This document shows, piece after piece, positions 39,552 through 49,531 of a DNA stretch of 64,000 nt. The position numbers were made by a program, and so were the translations under genes. The DNA is from Spirochaetia bacterium. GTDB taxonomy: Bacteria > Spirochaetota > Spirochaetia > UBA9216. The stretch spans positions 480,001-544,000 of the forward strand of contig OZ223272.1 in NCBI GenBank assembly GCA_965140585.1, in the 5' to 3' direction. Positions within the stretch are counted from its first letter, which is position 1; each line of letters opens with the position of its first letter. The notes beneath the pieces are model-generated. The model saw nothing but the letters and a program-made list of their open reading frames with translations, did not search any database and was not told the origin of the DNA.

Positions 39552-40286
39552 ATGAGCAGCAGAACAGCACTCGTAACAGGCTGTGCAGGCCCGATGGGGC
39601 AGGCATTTGCCGAAAGACTGATGGGAAACGGACACAAGGTAATCGCCGTTGATTTGAATGATGAGAAACTCAATGAGTTTGCGGCTAAATTCCCCGGAAA
39701 ATGCTTCGCATACAAAGTGGACGTATCCAGTGAACAGGACGTAATAGATCTGGCTGAAAAGGTAAAAGCTGAACCTGGCAGCCCTGACATCCTTGTAAAC
39801 AATGCCGGTATACTTACAAACAACAAAATAGCATCTACCAGCTATGCAGAATGGCAGAAGGTAATGGCAGTAAACCTGTCAGGACCATTCCTGCTGTGCA
39901 AATACCTGCTTCCGGCAATGCTTGAGAAGGGCTGGGGCAGAATTATCAACATAAGCAGCCTTGCTGCAAAATCAGGCGGAATCACCGCAGGAACAGCCTA
40001 CAGCACCAGCAAGGGAGGCGTAATGTCGCTGACCTACTCGCTTGCAATGGAAACTGCAGGCACAGGCGTCACTGTAAACGGAATCGCCCCCGCATATGTG
40101 AAAACTCCGATGGTAACCGAACAGCTGACCGAAGCAGAACGGGCAGCAATTATAGAAAAAATCCCTGTAAAGCGCTTCTGCGAACCTTCTGAGGTTGCCG
40201 CCCTTGTGGCATTTCTTGCAGGAGAAGAGGCAGGCTTCATTACAGGTGAAATTGTCGATCAGAACGGCGGACTTCTTTTCGACTGA
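39552..40286 (+). CDS. SDR (FabG-like) oxidoreductase
   Basis: NNAG, YSTSK. Confidence 0.88.
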   Translation: MSSRTALVTGCAGPMGQAFAERLMGNGHKVIAVDLNDEKLNEFAAKFPGKCFAYKVDVSSEQDVIDLAEKVKAEPGSPDILVNNAGILTNNKIASTSYAEWQKVMAVNLSGPFLLCKYLLPAMLEKGWGRIINISSLAAKSGGITAGTAYSTSKGGVMSLTYSLAMETAGTGVTVNGIAPAYVKTPMVTEQLTEAERAAIIEKIPVKRFCEPSEVAALVAFLAGEEAGFITGEIVDQNGGLLFD

Positions 40287-40410
40287 TATCCGCTTACTGC
40301 AGAATACATCAGCCTCCGGAAACGGACCTTCAGTCTTTGGAGGCTTTTTATTATAAAATTACAGCCTGAATTGACTTGATCTTTATTTTTAATCAATACA
40401 TTCTTCAATT

Positions 40411-41793
40411 ATGAGCGATATAAAAGTAAATGAAATTCCGGGGATGTTTGAAGGCCCTATCCGGCCTCTGCTTCTCAAACTGTCTATCCCCATGTTTGCC
40501 GGGATGATCGTCCAGGTTCTGTACAATGTTACAGACACCTTCTGGGTTGCAAGAATAGACCTTGCCGACCCCTCGTATATGGGAGGTACAGCCCTTGTAT
40601 TCCCCCTTATATTCTTTTTTATGGCCCTCGGAAACGGTCTTACAGTGGGAGTGAGTTCACTGGTGGCAAGAGCCATTGGTGAAAAAAACGGAAAAGTTCT
40701 GGGAACAACAGCAGAATCAGGCATGTTCATAAGCCTCATACTCTCTATACTTTCACTTGGAATAATACTGCCCTTTGCACCGCAGCTGCTGAAGATACTA
40801 GGAGCAGAAGGTGATTACTATGCACACGGCCTTGAATATCTCCGCTATATAATCCCGGCCGGACCGGTTATCTTCTTTGCCATGATCTTTCAGGGCATAC
40901 TTCAGGGTGAAGGACTAATGAAATACGTCATGAACGCGATGGTAATTGGAACAGTCCTCAATATAGCGCTTGATCCTGTCTTCATCTTCCTGCTGAAGAT
41001 GGATGTACGCGGCGCTGCCATAGCAACAGTCATTGCACAGGCAGTCTCAATGGTCTATATAGTCAGTGTTTTTCTGAAGAATAAGTCATCAATCAAAATA
41101 GAATGGTCCAAGTCAAATATCAAAGGCGGAACAATTAAGGATATCCTCGCAATAGGAATACCCCAGTCTTTTGCAATGATCATAATGTCCATGAGTTTTC
41201 TGATTTTCAACAGAATAGTTATTAACATCGATGCTCTTGCCCTCACTGCATTCGCACTCTGCGGCAGGTTTGAACAGCTCATGCTGATGCCGGCCTTCGC
41301 CTTAGGTGCTGCAATAGTTACAATTGTCGGACAGAATTCAGGCCGTGGAAACTTCGGTAGAATCCGGGAAACTATGAAAGATGCATGGCTTATGGGGCTC
41401 ATTGCAGTCGGAGTCCTGACAGGGCTGATGGTCGGATTTGCACCATGGATCTTCAGACCCTTTACAGACGTTGACAAGGTTCTCTGGTATGCGGTGATGC
41501 AGTACAGAGTCCTCGGAATTTCCTATCTCACAGCACTTGTAGGAATAATCGGCCGCTCATTTTTCCAGGCAATCGGTTATCCGCTGCCGGCTCTTTTTCT
41601 GACGCTGCTGCGTTTGATTCTTATAGCAATACCGGTTATGCTTATTCTTATATACGTTTTCAATCTGGGGATCTGGGGTGTCTGGCTGGGTCTTGCAGCA
41701 GGAAGTGTTGTATCAATGATTATTGCAATAATTTTTGTTAACAGGACAATCAGCCGGCTTGAAAGCGGAAAGATAAAAGTTCACCGCGTTTGA
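40411..41793 (+). CDS. MATE efflux family protein
   Basis: LLLKLSIP, YNVTDTFWV, NIALDPVFIF...GAAIAT. Confidence 0.92.
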   Translation: MSDIKVNEIPGMFEGPIRPLLLKLSIPMFAGMIVQVLYNVTDTFWVARIDLADPSYMGGTALVFPLIFFFMALGNGLTVGVSSLVARAIGEKNGKVLGTTAESGMFISLILSILSLGIILPFAPQLLKILGAEGDYYAHGLEYLRYIIPAGPVIFFAMIFQGILQGEGLMKYVMNAMVIGTVLNIALDPVFIFLLKMDVRGAAIATVIAQAVSMVYIVSVFLKNKSSIKIEWSKSNIKGGTIKDILAIGIPQSFAMIIMSMSFLIFNRIVINIDALALTAFALCGRFEQLMLMPAFALGAAIVTIVGQNSGRGNFGRIRETMKDAWLMGLIAVGVLTGLMVGFAPWIFRPFTDVDKVLWYAVMQYRVLGISYLTALVGIIGRSFFQAIGYPLPALFLTLLRLILIAIPVMLILIYVFNLGIWGVWLGLAAGSVVSMIIAIIFVNRTISRLESGKIKVHRV

Positions 41794-41857
41794 AAATCCG
41801 TTTGTATACTGTAATTTTTCATGCTACCATTCAAGAAAAATTTATATGAGGGAAGAA

Positions 41858-42253
41858 ATGAAAAAAACTATAATTGTCCTTTTTCTGGCCTTGGCAGTAT
41901 TCGCAGGATGCAAGAATTTTACAATCACAACCCCTGCAACTTCAGCAGGCATTCAGGGGGACTGGCTGCTTGAAAAAGTAAGCGGTACAGCCTGTGCCGG
42001 AGGAATTCTGGAGTATTCAATTGAAGGTGATGTTGGTGATTATACCATTGGAACAATCTACTGCAGCTCAAACGGAGCGTCTTTCGACTATGAATATGAT
42101 GATACCGACAGCACAATTACCATAACAGGTGCTGATGCTGCCGGTGCCGGGCTTTTAGACGGCGAATACTACGTATTCATTGATGAAGAGGAGATGGCCT
42201 GGGAGCTTGTAACAGATTCTTCATTCACTGCATACGAATTCTCGGCACAATAA
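41858..42253 (+). CDS. Small lipoprotein
   Basis: Lipobox FAGC. Confidence 0.75.
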   Translation: MKKTIIVLFLALAVFAGCKNFTITTPATSAGIQGDWLLEKVSGTACAGGILEYSIEGDVGDYTIGTIYCSSNGASFDYEYDDTDSTITITGADAAGAGLLDGEYYVFIDEEEMAWELVTDSSFTAYEFSAQ

Positions 42254-42814
42254 TCAATCTGAAATCGATCGTATGGATGCACCGAGTATCCATACGATCT
42301 CATCCATTACCATTGTAATACCATATCCATACAAAAGACCTGTTGTCACCCTCAGCAGATTATTACTCTCATAATCAGTATACTTCTGGACCAGACCGTC
42401 AACGGCAAGAGGGGTCATCATCAATCCGTGAAGAAGAATACTTCCCAGGCTGTCGTTAAGGCTTTCACGTCCAAGCTCTCCCCGGGCATCCCTGAACGGA
42501 AACACCGAAGCCCCCAGAACTTTTCCGACATTTATACCCATGCAGCGTGCACAGACAGGCATTGGGTAGCTGTCAAGATAAAATGATCGATCAGGCAGCT
42601 GATGGCAGAGCCAGCTGTTATAATAATAGATATACCATCCCGCATTGCTCTCATGTATATAGGGCCCTGTAAAGATCAGTGCTGTATGCACTGTAAAAAC
42701 ACCTGCATACAATGAACGGAAGACCACCTGTTCAGGAAAGGAGGGCTCAGTCCCGGCTGCAGCTGCATGGAGAAAAAGAGCAAAGAAAACAAATGCAAGA
42801 ATCGGCTTCTTCAT
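42254..42814 (-). CDS. DUF2085-family membrane protein
   Basis: CHQLPDRSF, PVCARC.G, DG..Q...YESNN.LR..TG. Confidence 0.85.
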   Translation of the reverse strand: MKKPILAFVFFALFLHAAAAGTEPSFPEQVVFRSLYAGVFTVHTALIFTGPYIHESNAGWYIYYYNSWLCHQLPDRSFYLDSYPMPVCARCMGINVGKVLGASVFPFRDARGELGRESLNDSLGSILLHGLMMTPLAVDGLVQKYTDYESNNLLRVTTGLLYGYGITMVMDEIVWILGASIRSISD

Positions 42815-42889
42815 CCATGTATTATATACAGCAGGCATTGATTTTGCTAAGATTAAATGTATAAAATTATTATAAAAAAGGAGTTAGAC

Positions 42890-43105
42890 ATGTCTGATTT
42901 CAGCTATGAAATTGTTAAAAATATTGGAACCATATCAGAGTCGGCAAAGGGATGGAAAAAAGAACTCAATCTTGTATCATGGAACGGAAGGGAGCCCAAA
43001 TATGATATCAGAGACTGGTCGGCCGATCACCAGAAAATGGGCAAGGGCATCACTCTCAGCGAGGCTGAGCTTAAGGCTCTTGCATCCCTGGCTTCTGAAT
43101 TATAA
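42890..43105 (+). CDS. YdbC/PC4-family ssDNA-binding protein
   Basis: GWKKELNLVSWNG...KYDIRDW..DH.KMGKGITL. Confidence 0.9.
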   Translation: MSDFSYEIVKNIGTISESAKGWKKELNLVSWNGREPKYDIRDWSADHQKMGKGITLSEAELKALASLASEL

Positions 43106-43119
43106 AACCGGAGGAGATC

Positions 43120-44703
43120 ATGAATTTTATTAACCTTGATAAGACCAAAACTTACAGCAAACTAATGGAACTGAAGGCGCCGTCACTGAAAGCGGTAATA
43201 AGTCCGGAAAGAATTGCAGCATATTCAATCAAAGCTGCAGCGGGGCTGACATACAACTATTCTGCCAAAACTGTCGATGAGACAATCATCGATACCCTTG
43301 GAGAACTGGCTCTTGAACAGGAACTCATTCAGAAATACATGAGCATACTCAAAGGCGAGCGGATGAATACAGGTGAGAACCGTATGGTGCTTCATCAGCT
43401 GACCCGCGGAATCACAGTAGCTCCGGTTTCCGAGAACGAACAGAATCTTGCTGATTTTTACGTTGAACAGCAGAAAAAGACCGCTGATTTTGCAAAGGCC
43501 GTTCACAGCGGAGCAATAAAGGGATCAACCGGGAAAGAATTTGATACTGTAGTGCAGATTGGCATCGGCGGATCGGATCTTGGTCCAAGGGCGCTTTATC
43601 TTGCGCTTGAGGGATGGGCTGAGGTCAATAATAAAGCTGTTATGGACGCTCTGTTTATCTCAAACGTTGACCCTGATGACGCAACCGCGGTCGCCTCATC
43701 AATAGATCCTGAAACAACCCTTTTTATTCTAGTATCAAAAAGCGGAACAACCCAGGAAACCCTTACAAACCGCGACTTTGTTCTCGAAATTATCAAACAG
43801 TCCGGAACAGAAGGTCTGGATCCGTCAAAACACATGATAGCGGTAACAAGCCAAACCAGCCCTATGGCAGGCTCCGACATGTTTCTCGACAGTTTTTATA
43901 TCGATGATTACATCGGCGGAAGATACTCATCAACCAGTGCAGTAGGCGGGGTGGTTCTGAGTCTGGCTTACGGCGCAGACAGTTTTTCAGCCCTGCTGGC
44001 CGGTGCGCATGAGGCCGATGTTATGGCGCTTGAGGCTGATATAAGAGAAAACGCAGCCCTCATGGATGCCATGATCGGACTTTTTGAACGAAACATAATG
44101 AACTTGCCTTCTACAGCGGTACTTCCCTACTCCCAGGCACTTTCCCGATTTCCGGCTCACCTTCAGCAGCTTGATATGGAAAGCAACGGAAAATCTGTAA
44201 ACAGAAACGGTGAACCCATAGCATACAGCACAGGCCCTGTTATTTTCGGTGAACCGGGAACAAACGGACAGCACAGTTTTTATCAGCTGCTTCACCAGGG
44301 AACCGATATAGTGCCGCTGCAGTTTATCGGCTTTAAGAACTCTCAGAGAGGTTTCGACCTTGAAATTGAAGGCTCAACCAGCCAGCAGAAACTCAATGCT
44401 AACCTAGCGGCCCAGATAACAGCCTTTGCACTTGGCCAGAAAAACGCAAACCCCAATAAAAACTTCAGCGGTGAACGTCCGTCAAGTCTTCTCTGGGGTT
44501 CGGATCTTAACCCTGAATCACTTGGGGCTCTGCTTGCCCACTTCGAGAACAAGGTAATGTTCCAGGGCCTTGCATGGAACATCAACTCCTTTGACCAGGA
44601 AGGTGTTCAGCTTGGTAAGGTTCTGGCCAAAAAACTGCTGGACAACAACGGAGCCGGAGCTGACGCGGTTCTCAAGGCCTATTATCAGATTCTAAACGAC
44701 TAA
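43120..44703 (+). CDS. pgi: Glucose-6-phosphate isomerase
   Basis: GIGGSDLGP, SKSGTT, GGRYS, QQLDMESNGK, FDQEGVQLGK. Confidence 0.97.
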   Translation: MNFINLDKTKTYSKLMELKAPSLKAVISPERIAAYSIKAAAGLTYNYSAKTVDETIIDTLGELALEQELIQKYMSILKGERMNTGENRMVLHQLTRGITVAPVSENEQNLADFYVEQQKKTADFAKAVHSGAIKGSTGKEFDTVVQIGIGGSDLGPRALYLALEGWAEVNNKAVMDALFISNVDPDDATAVASSIDPETTLFILVSKSGTTQETLTNRDFVLEIIKQSGTEGLDPSKHMIAVTSQTSPMAGSDMFLDSFYIDDYIGGRYSSTSAVGGVVLSLAYGADSFSALLAGAHEADVMALEADIRENAALMDAMIGLFERNIMNLPSTAVLPYSQALSRFPAHLQQLDMESNGKSVNRNGEPIAYSTGPVIFGEPGTNGQHSFYQLLHQGTDIVPLQFIGFKNSQRGFDLEIEGSTSQQKLNANLAAQITAFALGQKNANPNKNFSGERPSSLLWGSDLNPESLGALLAHFENKVMFQGLAWNINSFDQEGVQLGKVLAKKLLDNNGAGADAVLKAYYQILND

Positions 44704-44800
44704 ATCCCGCAAAAATGCATGTTTAACGGCCGGAGGTACTTTTCAGTCTCCGGCCGATTTATTTATTGAATTTTTCTCATAGACAGTTGATAATGTAGGG

Positions 44801-46438
44801 ATGCTTAATAGAAATTTTGTAGAAACCATAAAACAGAGCCTTACTGAGAACTGGGACAGGCCCTGCTTTTCAAATTACGGTGAAGAGATCTTTTACTACC
44901 GTGACGTTGCCGAGAGTATACTCACTTTTCACGAAGCCTTCAGGATAAACGGAATAGAACCCGGCAATAAGATTGCAGTCTGCGGAAGAAATTCCGTCAA
45001 CTGGGCAAAGACATATCTGGCCGCTGTGACATACGGCGCTGTAATAGTACCGGTACTCCCGGACTTTTCAGCAGCAGATATCACAAACATTATCAATCAT
45101 TCTGAAGCCCGCTTCTTCTTCGCTGCAGATTATATCTGGAAGAATCTCAAAACGGAAGAAATGCCGAATCTTGAGCTGGTAATCAACCTTGAAGATTTCG
45201 CAATAATAAAAGCCGGCGAAAAGTATGATTCAGAGGTACTTCTTCACGCCCGTGCAGCACTTGAGAAGAAATACCCCGGCGGACTCACCCCGGAATCGGT
45301 ACAGTTTGATGAAATTTCAAACGATACCCTCGAATCAATAGTTTATACATCAGGAACAACCGGATTTTCAAAGGGTGTAATGCTTAACCACAACTGTATG
45401 ATTGCAAACGTTGACTATGCGCAGCATAACATAGCGCTTAAAGCCGGAGACAAGATTGTCAGTTTTCTGCCGGTTGCACACAGTTTCGGCTGCGCATTCG
45501 AGTTCCTTTTCCCTTTCAATACGGGCTGCCATATAACTTTCCTGCACAAGAGGGTTTCTCCTCAGCTGATAATGAAGGCTTTCGGGGAAATCAGTCCAAG
45601 GCTCATCCTTTCAGTTCCGCTTGTTATTGAAAAAATATACTTCAAACAGCTGAAACCGATTTTGAATAAACCATATGCTAAACTCCCGTTTATAAAGCAG
45701 ATCCTCGACAGGGTCATTTACAAGAAGCTCACCGCTACTTTCGGCGGAAACTTTATATCAATTGTCATAGGAGCAGCAGCGTTCAACCCGGAAGTTGAAG
45801 CCTTCCTCAGCAGGATCAAATTCAGATTTACTGTAGGCTATGGAATGACCGAATGCGGACCGCTTATCAGCTACATGCCCTGGGATATCTATAAAAGCGC
45901 TTCTGCAGGCCGTATTATAAATCACCTCGAATGTAAAATAGATTCTGAGGATCCGCAGAATGTCCTGGGTGAAATATGCGTTCGCGGCGAGAACGTAATG
46001 CTCGGCTACTATAAAAATGAAGAGGCAACCGCCCAGTCCATCGACAAGGACGGATGGCTCCATACCGGAGACATGGGAACCCTCGATCCGGACGGAACAG
46101 TCTATATCAAGGGCCGCTGCAAGAACATGCTGCTGGGACCTGCCGGACAGAACATCTACCCTGAAGAAATTGAAGCAAAACTGAATAATTCAGACATTAT
46201 TGCAGACTCTTTGGTAATATCACGTGATCACCGGATCATCGCAATCGTATACGCAGATCCTGACTACATCGAATCAAAAAGTCTTTCCGATGCCGATGTG
46301 GATAAGGCATTATATGATGCAATGAAAACACTAAATAAAGAACTTCCTTCCTATTCAACTCTGGTAGCCATAGAAAGAAGGAAAGAGGAATTCCAGAAAA
46401 CACCTACTGCAAAAATTAAACGATACCTCTACGAATAA
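44801..46438 (+). CDS. Long-chain fatty acid--CoA ligase (AMP-binding)
   Basis: YTSGTTGFSKG, GYGMTE, GWLHTGD. Confidence 0.92.
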   Translation: MLNRNFVETIKQSLTENWDRPCFSNYGEEIFYYRDVAESILTFHEAFRINGIEPGNKIAVCGRNSVNWAKTYLAAVTYGAVIVPVLPDFSAADITNIINHSEARFFFAADYIWKNLKTEEMPNLELVINLEDFAIIKAGEKYDSEVLLHARAALEKKYPGGLTPESVQFDEISNDTLESIVYTSGTTGFSKGVMLNHNCMIANVDYAQHNIALKAGDKIVSFLPVAHSFGCAFEFLFPFNTGCHITFLHKRVSPQLIMKAFGEISPRLILSVPLVIEKIYFKQLKPILNKPYAKLPFIKQILDRVIYKKLTATFGGNFISIVIGAAAFNPEVEAFLSRIKFRFTVGYGMTECGPLISYMPWDIYKSASAGRIINHLECKIDSEDPQNVLGEICVRGENVMLGYYKNEEATAQSIDKDGWLHTGDMGTLDPDGTVYIKGRCKNMLLGPAGQNIYPEEIEAKLNNSDIIADSLVISRDHRIIAIVYADPDYIESKSLSDADVDKALYDAMKTLNKELPSYSTLVAIERRKEEFQKTPTAKIKRYLYE

Positions 46439-46461
46439 AAATAACAGCTGTCTAATAATAT

Positions 46462-46495
46462 CGGGAGCATCCTTCACTAAGGGAGCTCCCGTTTT
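46462..46495 (+). terminator. Rho-independent terminator
   Basis: CGGGAGC...GCTCCCG-TTTT. Confidence 0.7.
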
Positions 46496-46504
46496 ATATA
46501 ATCC

Positions 46505-46533
46505 TTGACCCCTTCATAAATAGAATATAAAAT
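46505..46533 (+). promoter_or_regulatory. sigma70 promoter
   Basis: TTGACC-17-TAAAAT just upstream of the riboswitch. Confidence 0.65.
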
Positions 46534-46543
46534 AATCCCGTTA

Positions 46544-46642
46544 TTCTTCCGAACCCTGATACCTAAAAATCACAATATTTAAGGAATGAGGGTCGAAGGG
46601 CTGTTCCGGAAACAGAACAGCCTCCCGTGTTTGGAAAGGAAG
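46544..46642 (+). promoter_or_regulatory. Moco/Wco (molybdenum/tungsten cofactor) RNA motif
   Basis: TCCGA...CCTAA...GG..., GGCTGTTC-CGGAAACA-GAACAGCC hairpin, then GCCTCCCG...GGAAAGGA that overlaps the RBS; matches the Moco motif hallmarks as I recall them. Confidence 0.78.
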
Positions 46643-46646
46643 TGGG

Positions 46647-48137
46647 ATGCTCAAAAAATCGATTCTTGTTCTCTTATTGATCTCAGCCTCAGCAAGCGTC
46701 AGTGCTCTTGATTTCACCCTGAATGGAAAACTCTGGAAATCTTTTACATCTGAAAACCTTCATACACTCAGCTATCCGGTACCTGCAGAGGACAATAAGG
46801 CTGTTGGAATATCTATCGATGAGCTCTTCCCTCCTATGTATGAAGCATGGAAAATAAATATTTCAATTGACGGCGGCCTGATAGAAAAAAAAGAAAATCA
46901 GCTTGCCGATCTGCTTCCCCGGATTTATCTGACAGAAACAGATTCAGGATGGGCACTTAAAGGTCCCGGATGGACTGTCGAGGATGTTCAGGGCATTGAT
47001 TTACGAGGTGAAAAGCTGATTACCTCAAAGCTTGAAATATGGACAAACTGGGAAGGTGAAGATCTTCTGAAAGAAGAAATCAGCAGATATGCAGAGCTGC
47101 ATAACATCAGCATAAACACGGTTTCCGTTCCCCGGCCCGACTCCAAACTCATTGCCGTTTCAGGCGGAGGAGGAAGCGTTCCCGATATAATAATGGTTCA
47201 ATCGACCTATATGGAAAGTCTTTCGAAATCGGAAAGTATACAGAACCTTGATTACATGTATCCGGAAGGACTTATAAAAGAAGGCCGGGAGGTTTTCAGT
47301 CTTGACGGAAAAACCTGGGCGGTCCCATTTTACTATGATGCCCAGATGATGTTCATCAACACCGGGCTGATGGATACTCCAAAAAACAGCTGGACAACGA
47401 AAGACTATGAAACTTATGCCTCGCAGTTAAAAGCCCGGGGAATAATTCCGTCGGCATGGAACGCCTACTCATCATCTTTTCTTATCCCCTTTCAGATAAG
47501 CTTCGGTAAAAAGACGCTGATTGAACCTGACGGCTCGGTAATCATAAATGATGAGGCAAATATCAGATCACTTAAGTATATTCTTAGCCTGCAGGGGAGG
47601 GGCCTGATGGAGCCGATGGAACGTGATGCCATGACATCGATGTTTGTATCAGGAGATGTTGGTATGATCATAAGCGCCTCATACAGCATTCCCTATTTTG
47701 AAAAGCTTGGCATACCCTTTGAGGCAGTGCCGCTGCCGATCAACTCCGAAACCGGAATCCGGCTTTCAGGCCTTCTTGATTTCAAGGGTTTTGCAGTGCC
47801 TAAAAAAAGCCGCAATACCGCCGCAGCCGTCAGACTGATCGAATATCTCTGCGGAGCAGGCGTTCAGCAGAGATTTACCGCAGCCGTTTCAAAACTTCCC
47901 GCATCAGAAGAAGCACTGAAGCTTGCCGCAGATGCAAACAGATACATGAAGCAACTGACCATCGGATCGGAAACCGGGACAATAATCCCACCGGATCAGG
48001 CTTTTGGAATATATAAGAATACAATGTGGAAAATGCTTAGATTCGCGCTTTCAGGAAGGATGTCTCCTGAAGCTGTCTTGGAACAGACTCAGAAGATTAT
48101 AAATAACAACTTACAGCAAAAAAAGGAGATAGAATGA
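46647..48137 (+). CDS. Sugar-type (CUT1) ABC substrate-binding protein with N-terminal extension
   Basis: Signal peptide; PDII, DGKTWAVP, FVSGDVGMII in the C-terminal ~370 aa. Confidence 0.8.
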   Translation: MLKKSILVLLLISASASVSALDFTLNGKLWKSFTSENLHTLSYPVPAEDNKAVGISIDELFPPMYEAWKINISIDGGLIEKKENQLADLLPRIYLTETDSGWALKGPGWTVEDVQGIDLRGEKLITSKLEIWTNWEGEDLLKEEISRYAELHNISINTVSVPRPDSKLIAVSGGGGSVPDIIMVQSTYMESLSKSESIQNLDYMYPEGLIKEGREVFSLDGKTWAVPFYYDAQMMFINTGLMDTPKNSWTTKDYETYASQLKARGIIPSAWNAYSSSFLIPFQISFGKKTLIEPDGSVIINDEANIRSLKYILSLQGRGLMEPMERDAMTSMFVSGDVGMIISASYSIPYFEKLGIPFEAVPLPINSETGIRLSGLLDFKGFAVPKKSRNTAAAVRLIEYLCGAGVQQRFTAAVSKLPASEEALKLAADANRYMKQLTIGSETGTIIPPDQAFGIYKNTMWKMLRFALSGRMSPEAVLEQTQKIINNNLQQKKEIE

Positions 48138-49531
48138 AACTGACTGTAAAAACATTATTATCAGTTCTGCTGCTTGCCGCACTGCTCATCAGCGGCTGCA
48201 CCACAGCATCACAAAGCCCCTCAGGCCTTGTAATTGAAGAAACAGAAGCTGACGCAGTCGCACATGCGACCCCTAAGGGAACCGGATGGATAATCAGTAT
48301 CAGCGGTGTCAGAGAAGATGAAATTTGGGAATCCAATTTCGAAAAATGGAAGGAAATGGAAGGCTCGGAATACGGTGAATACATGTTCCAGCTTAAAGGT
48401 GAAGATACAAGCTTCATGGCCATCCCTTTTAAAAACATCATTGCCATGGTTGATGATCCTGATGCGACAATGCCCTACGCATTTGATGCTGAACTTTGGA
48501 AATCAGGATATCAAATAACTTTTACAGCTTCCGACGGATATTCAGCTACAATCAACACTGCAGATTTTGCAGTGGAAGATCTCTACATAGCAGATGCAAT
48601 GCGGGGTGAAAAAGTAGCTCCCATGTTGACCGGAAATATTTCAACTCAGTTCTGGGTAAAAGAACTCGCTTCAATTACAGCAGATCTTAAACCGGTTTCA
48701 CTTGCTGAAAACAATTTTGAACTAATCCTTGACATCGGCGAAAAACATGCCGTTAAAACAATCGCAGAGCTTGAAAAGCTTCCCTACTACATTGAGGACA
48801 AGGGGAACTACACCAACAGCTATGACAATAATTTCCAGTATATATGGGGAGGAGTAAAGATTGTCGATCTTATAGAAGAATATGCATCGCTTACACCTGA
48901 AATGACGGTAGTAATCGAGGCAATGGACGGTTATGCCATGACCTACAGTGCTTCGCAGCTTCTGGACAACTCTGACGGCGACTGGATTCTTGCCTTCAAG
49001 GAAAACGGCGAATACATGCCCGAAGATCCCGGTTATATCCGGCTTGTAAAGGTAGGACCCAACAACCCCAATATCACAGGACATGTTTCTGCACGGATGA
49101 TAAAGAAGATCATCATCAAGGATGTAGCATTCAAGGATTTCAGCCTCGATCTTATACAGAACGGCAGGACTGAGGTAATGGACAGACAGACTCTTCAGAG
49201 CGGAGTTACAACTTCACGAACAAAGGTTGCCTTCTTCAATAAAAAGGCCGGTGAGGCTGTGGAATACCTGGGCATTCCCGTATACGTGCTTCTTGAAAGG
49301 TACACCGACTATAAGACTGTAACCGTACAGGCCGCCGACGGATACTCTATTAGTCTCAATGCCGCCGAGCTTGCAGGAAACGATGATGTAATTATTGCAA
49401 TGTTCTACGGCGATGAGAGCGAACTTTCCGAAAGTGAATTCCCGCTCGTTATAGTGTGGGATCAGGATGCAGCCATTGTACCGGCAGGAATCAAGGCGGT
49501 AAGAAACATTTCTGCCCTGATTCTTGAATAA
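48134..49531 (+). CDS. Lipoprotein with three molybdopterin-binding-domain-like repeats
   Basis: Lipobox ISGC; three AxDGY motifs (ASDGY, AMDGY, AADGY), WGGVKIVDL, ILA...NG....PG.IRLV. Confidence 0.7.
   Translation: MKLTVKTLLSVLLLAALLISGCTTASQSPSGLVIEETEADAVAHATPKGTGWIISISGVREDEIWESNFEKWKEMEGSEYGEYMFQLKGEDTSFMAIPFKNIIAMVDDPDATMPYAFDAELWKSGYQITFTASDGYSATINTADFAVEDLYIADAMRGEKVAPMLTGNISTQFWVKELASITADLKPVSLAENNFELILDIGEKHAVKTIAELEKLPYYIEDKGNYTNSYDNNFQYIWGGVKIVDLIEEYASLTPEMTVVIEAMDGYAMTYSASQLLDNSDGDWILAFKENGEYMPEDPGYIRLVKVGPNNPNITGHVSARMIKKIIIKDVAFKDFSLDLIQNGRTEVMDRQTLQSGVTTSRTKVAFFNKKAGEAVEYLGIPVYVLLERYTDYKTVTVQAADGYSISLNAAELAGNDDVIIAMFYGDESELSESEFPLVIVWDQDAAIVPAGIKAVRNISALILE

Noticed and set aside
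48134-49531. Catalytic sulfite oxidase/MsrP enzyme
   Set aside because: There is no Mo-ligating cysteine and no Tat signal, and the domain is repeated in a lipoprotein.
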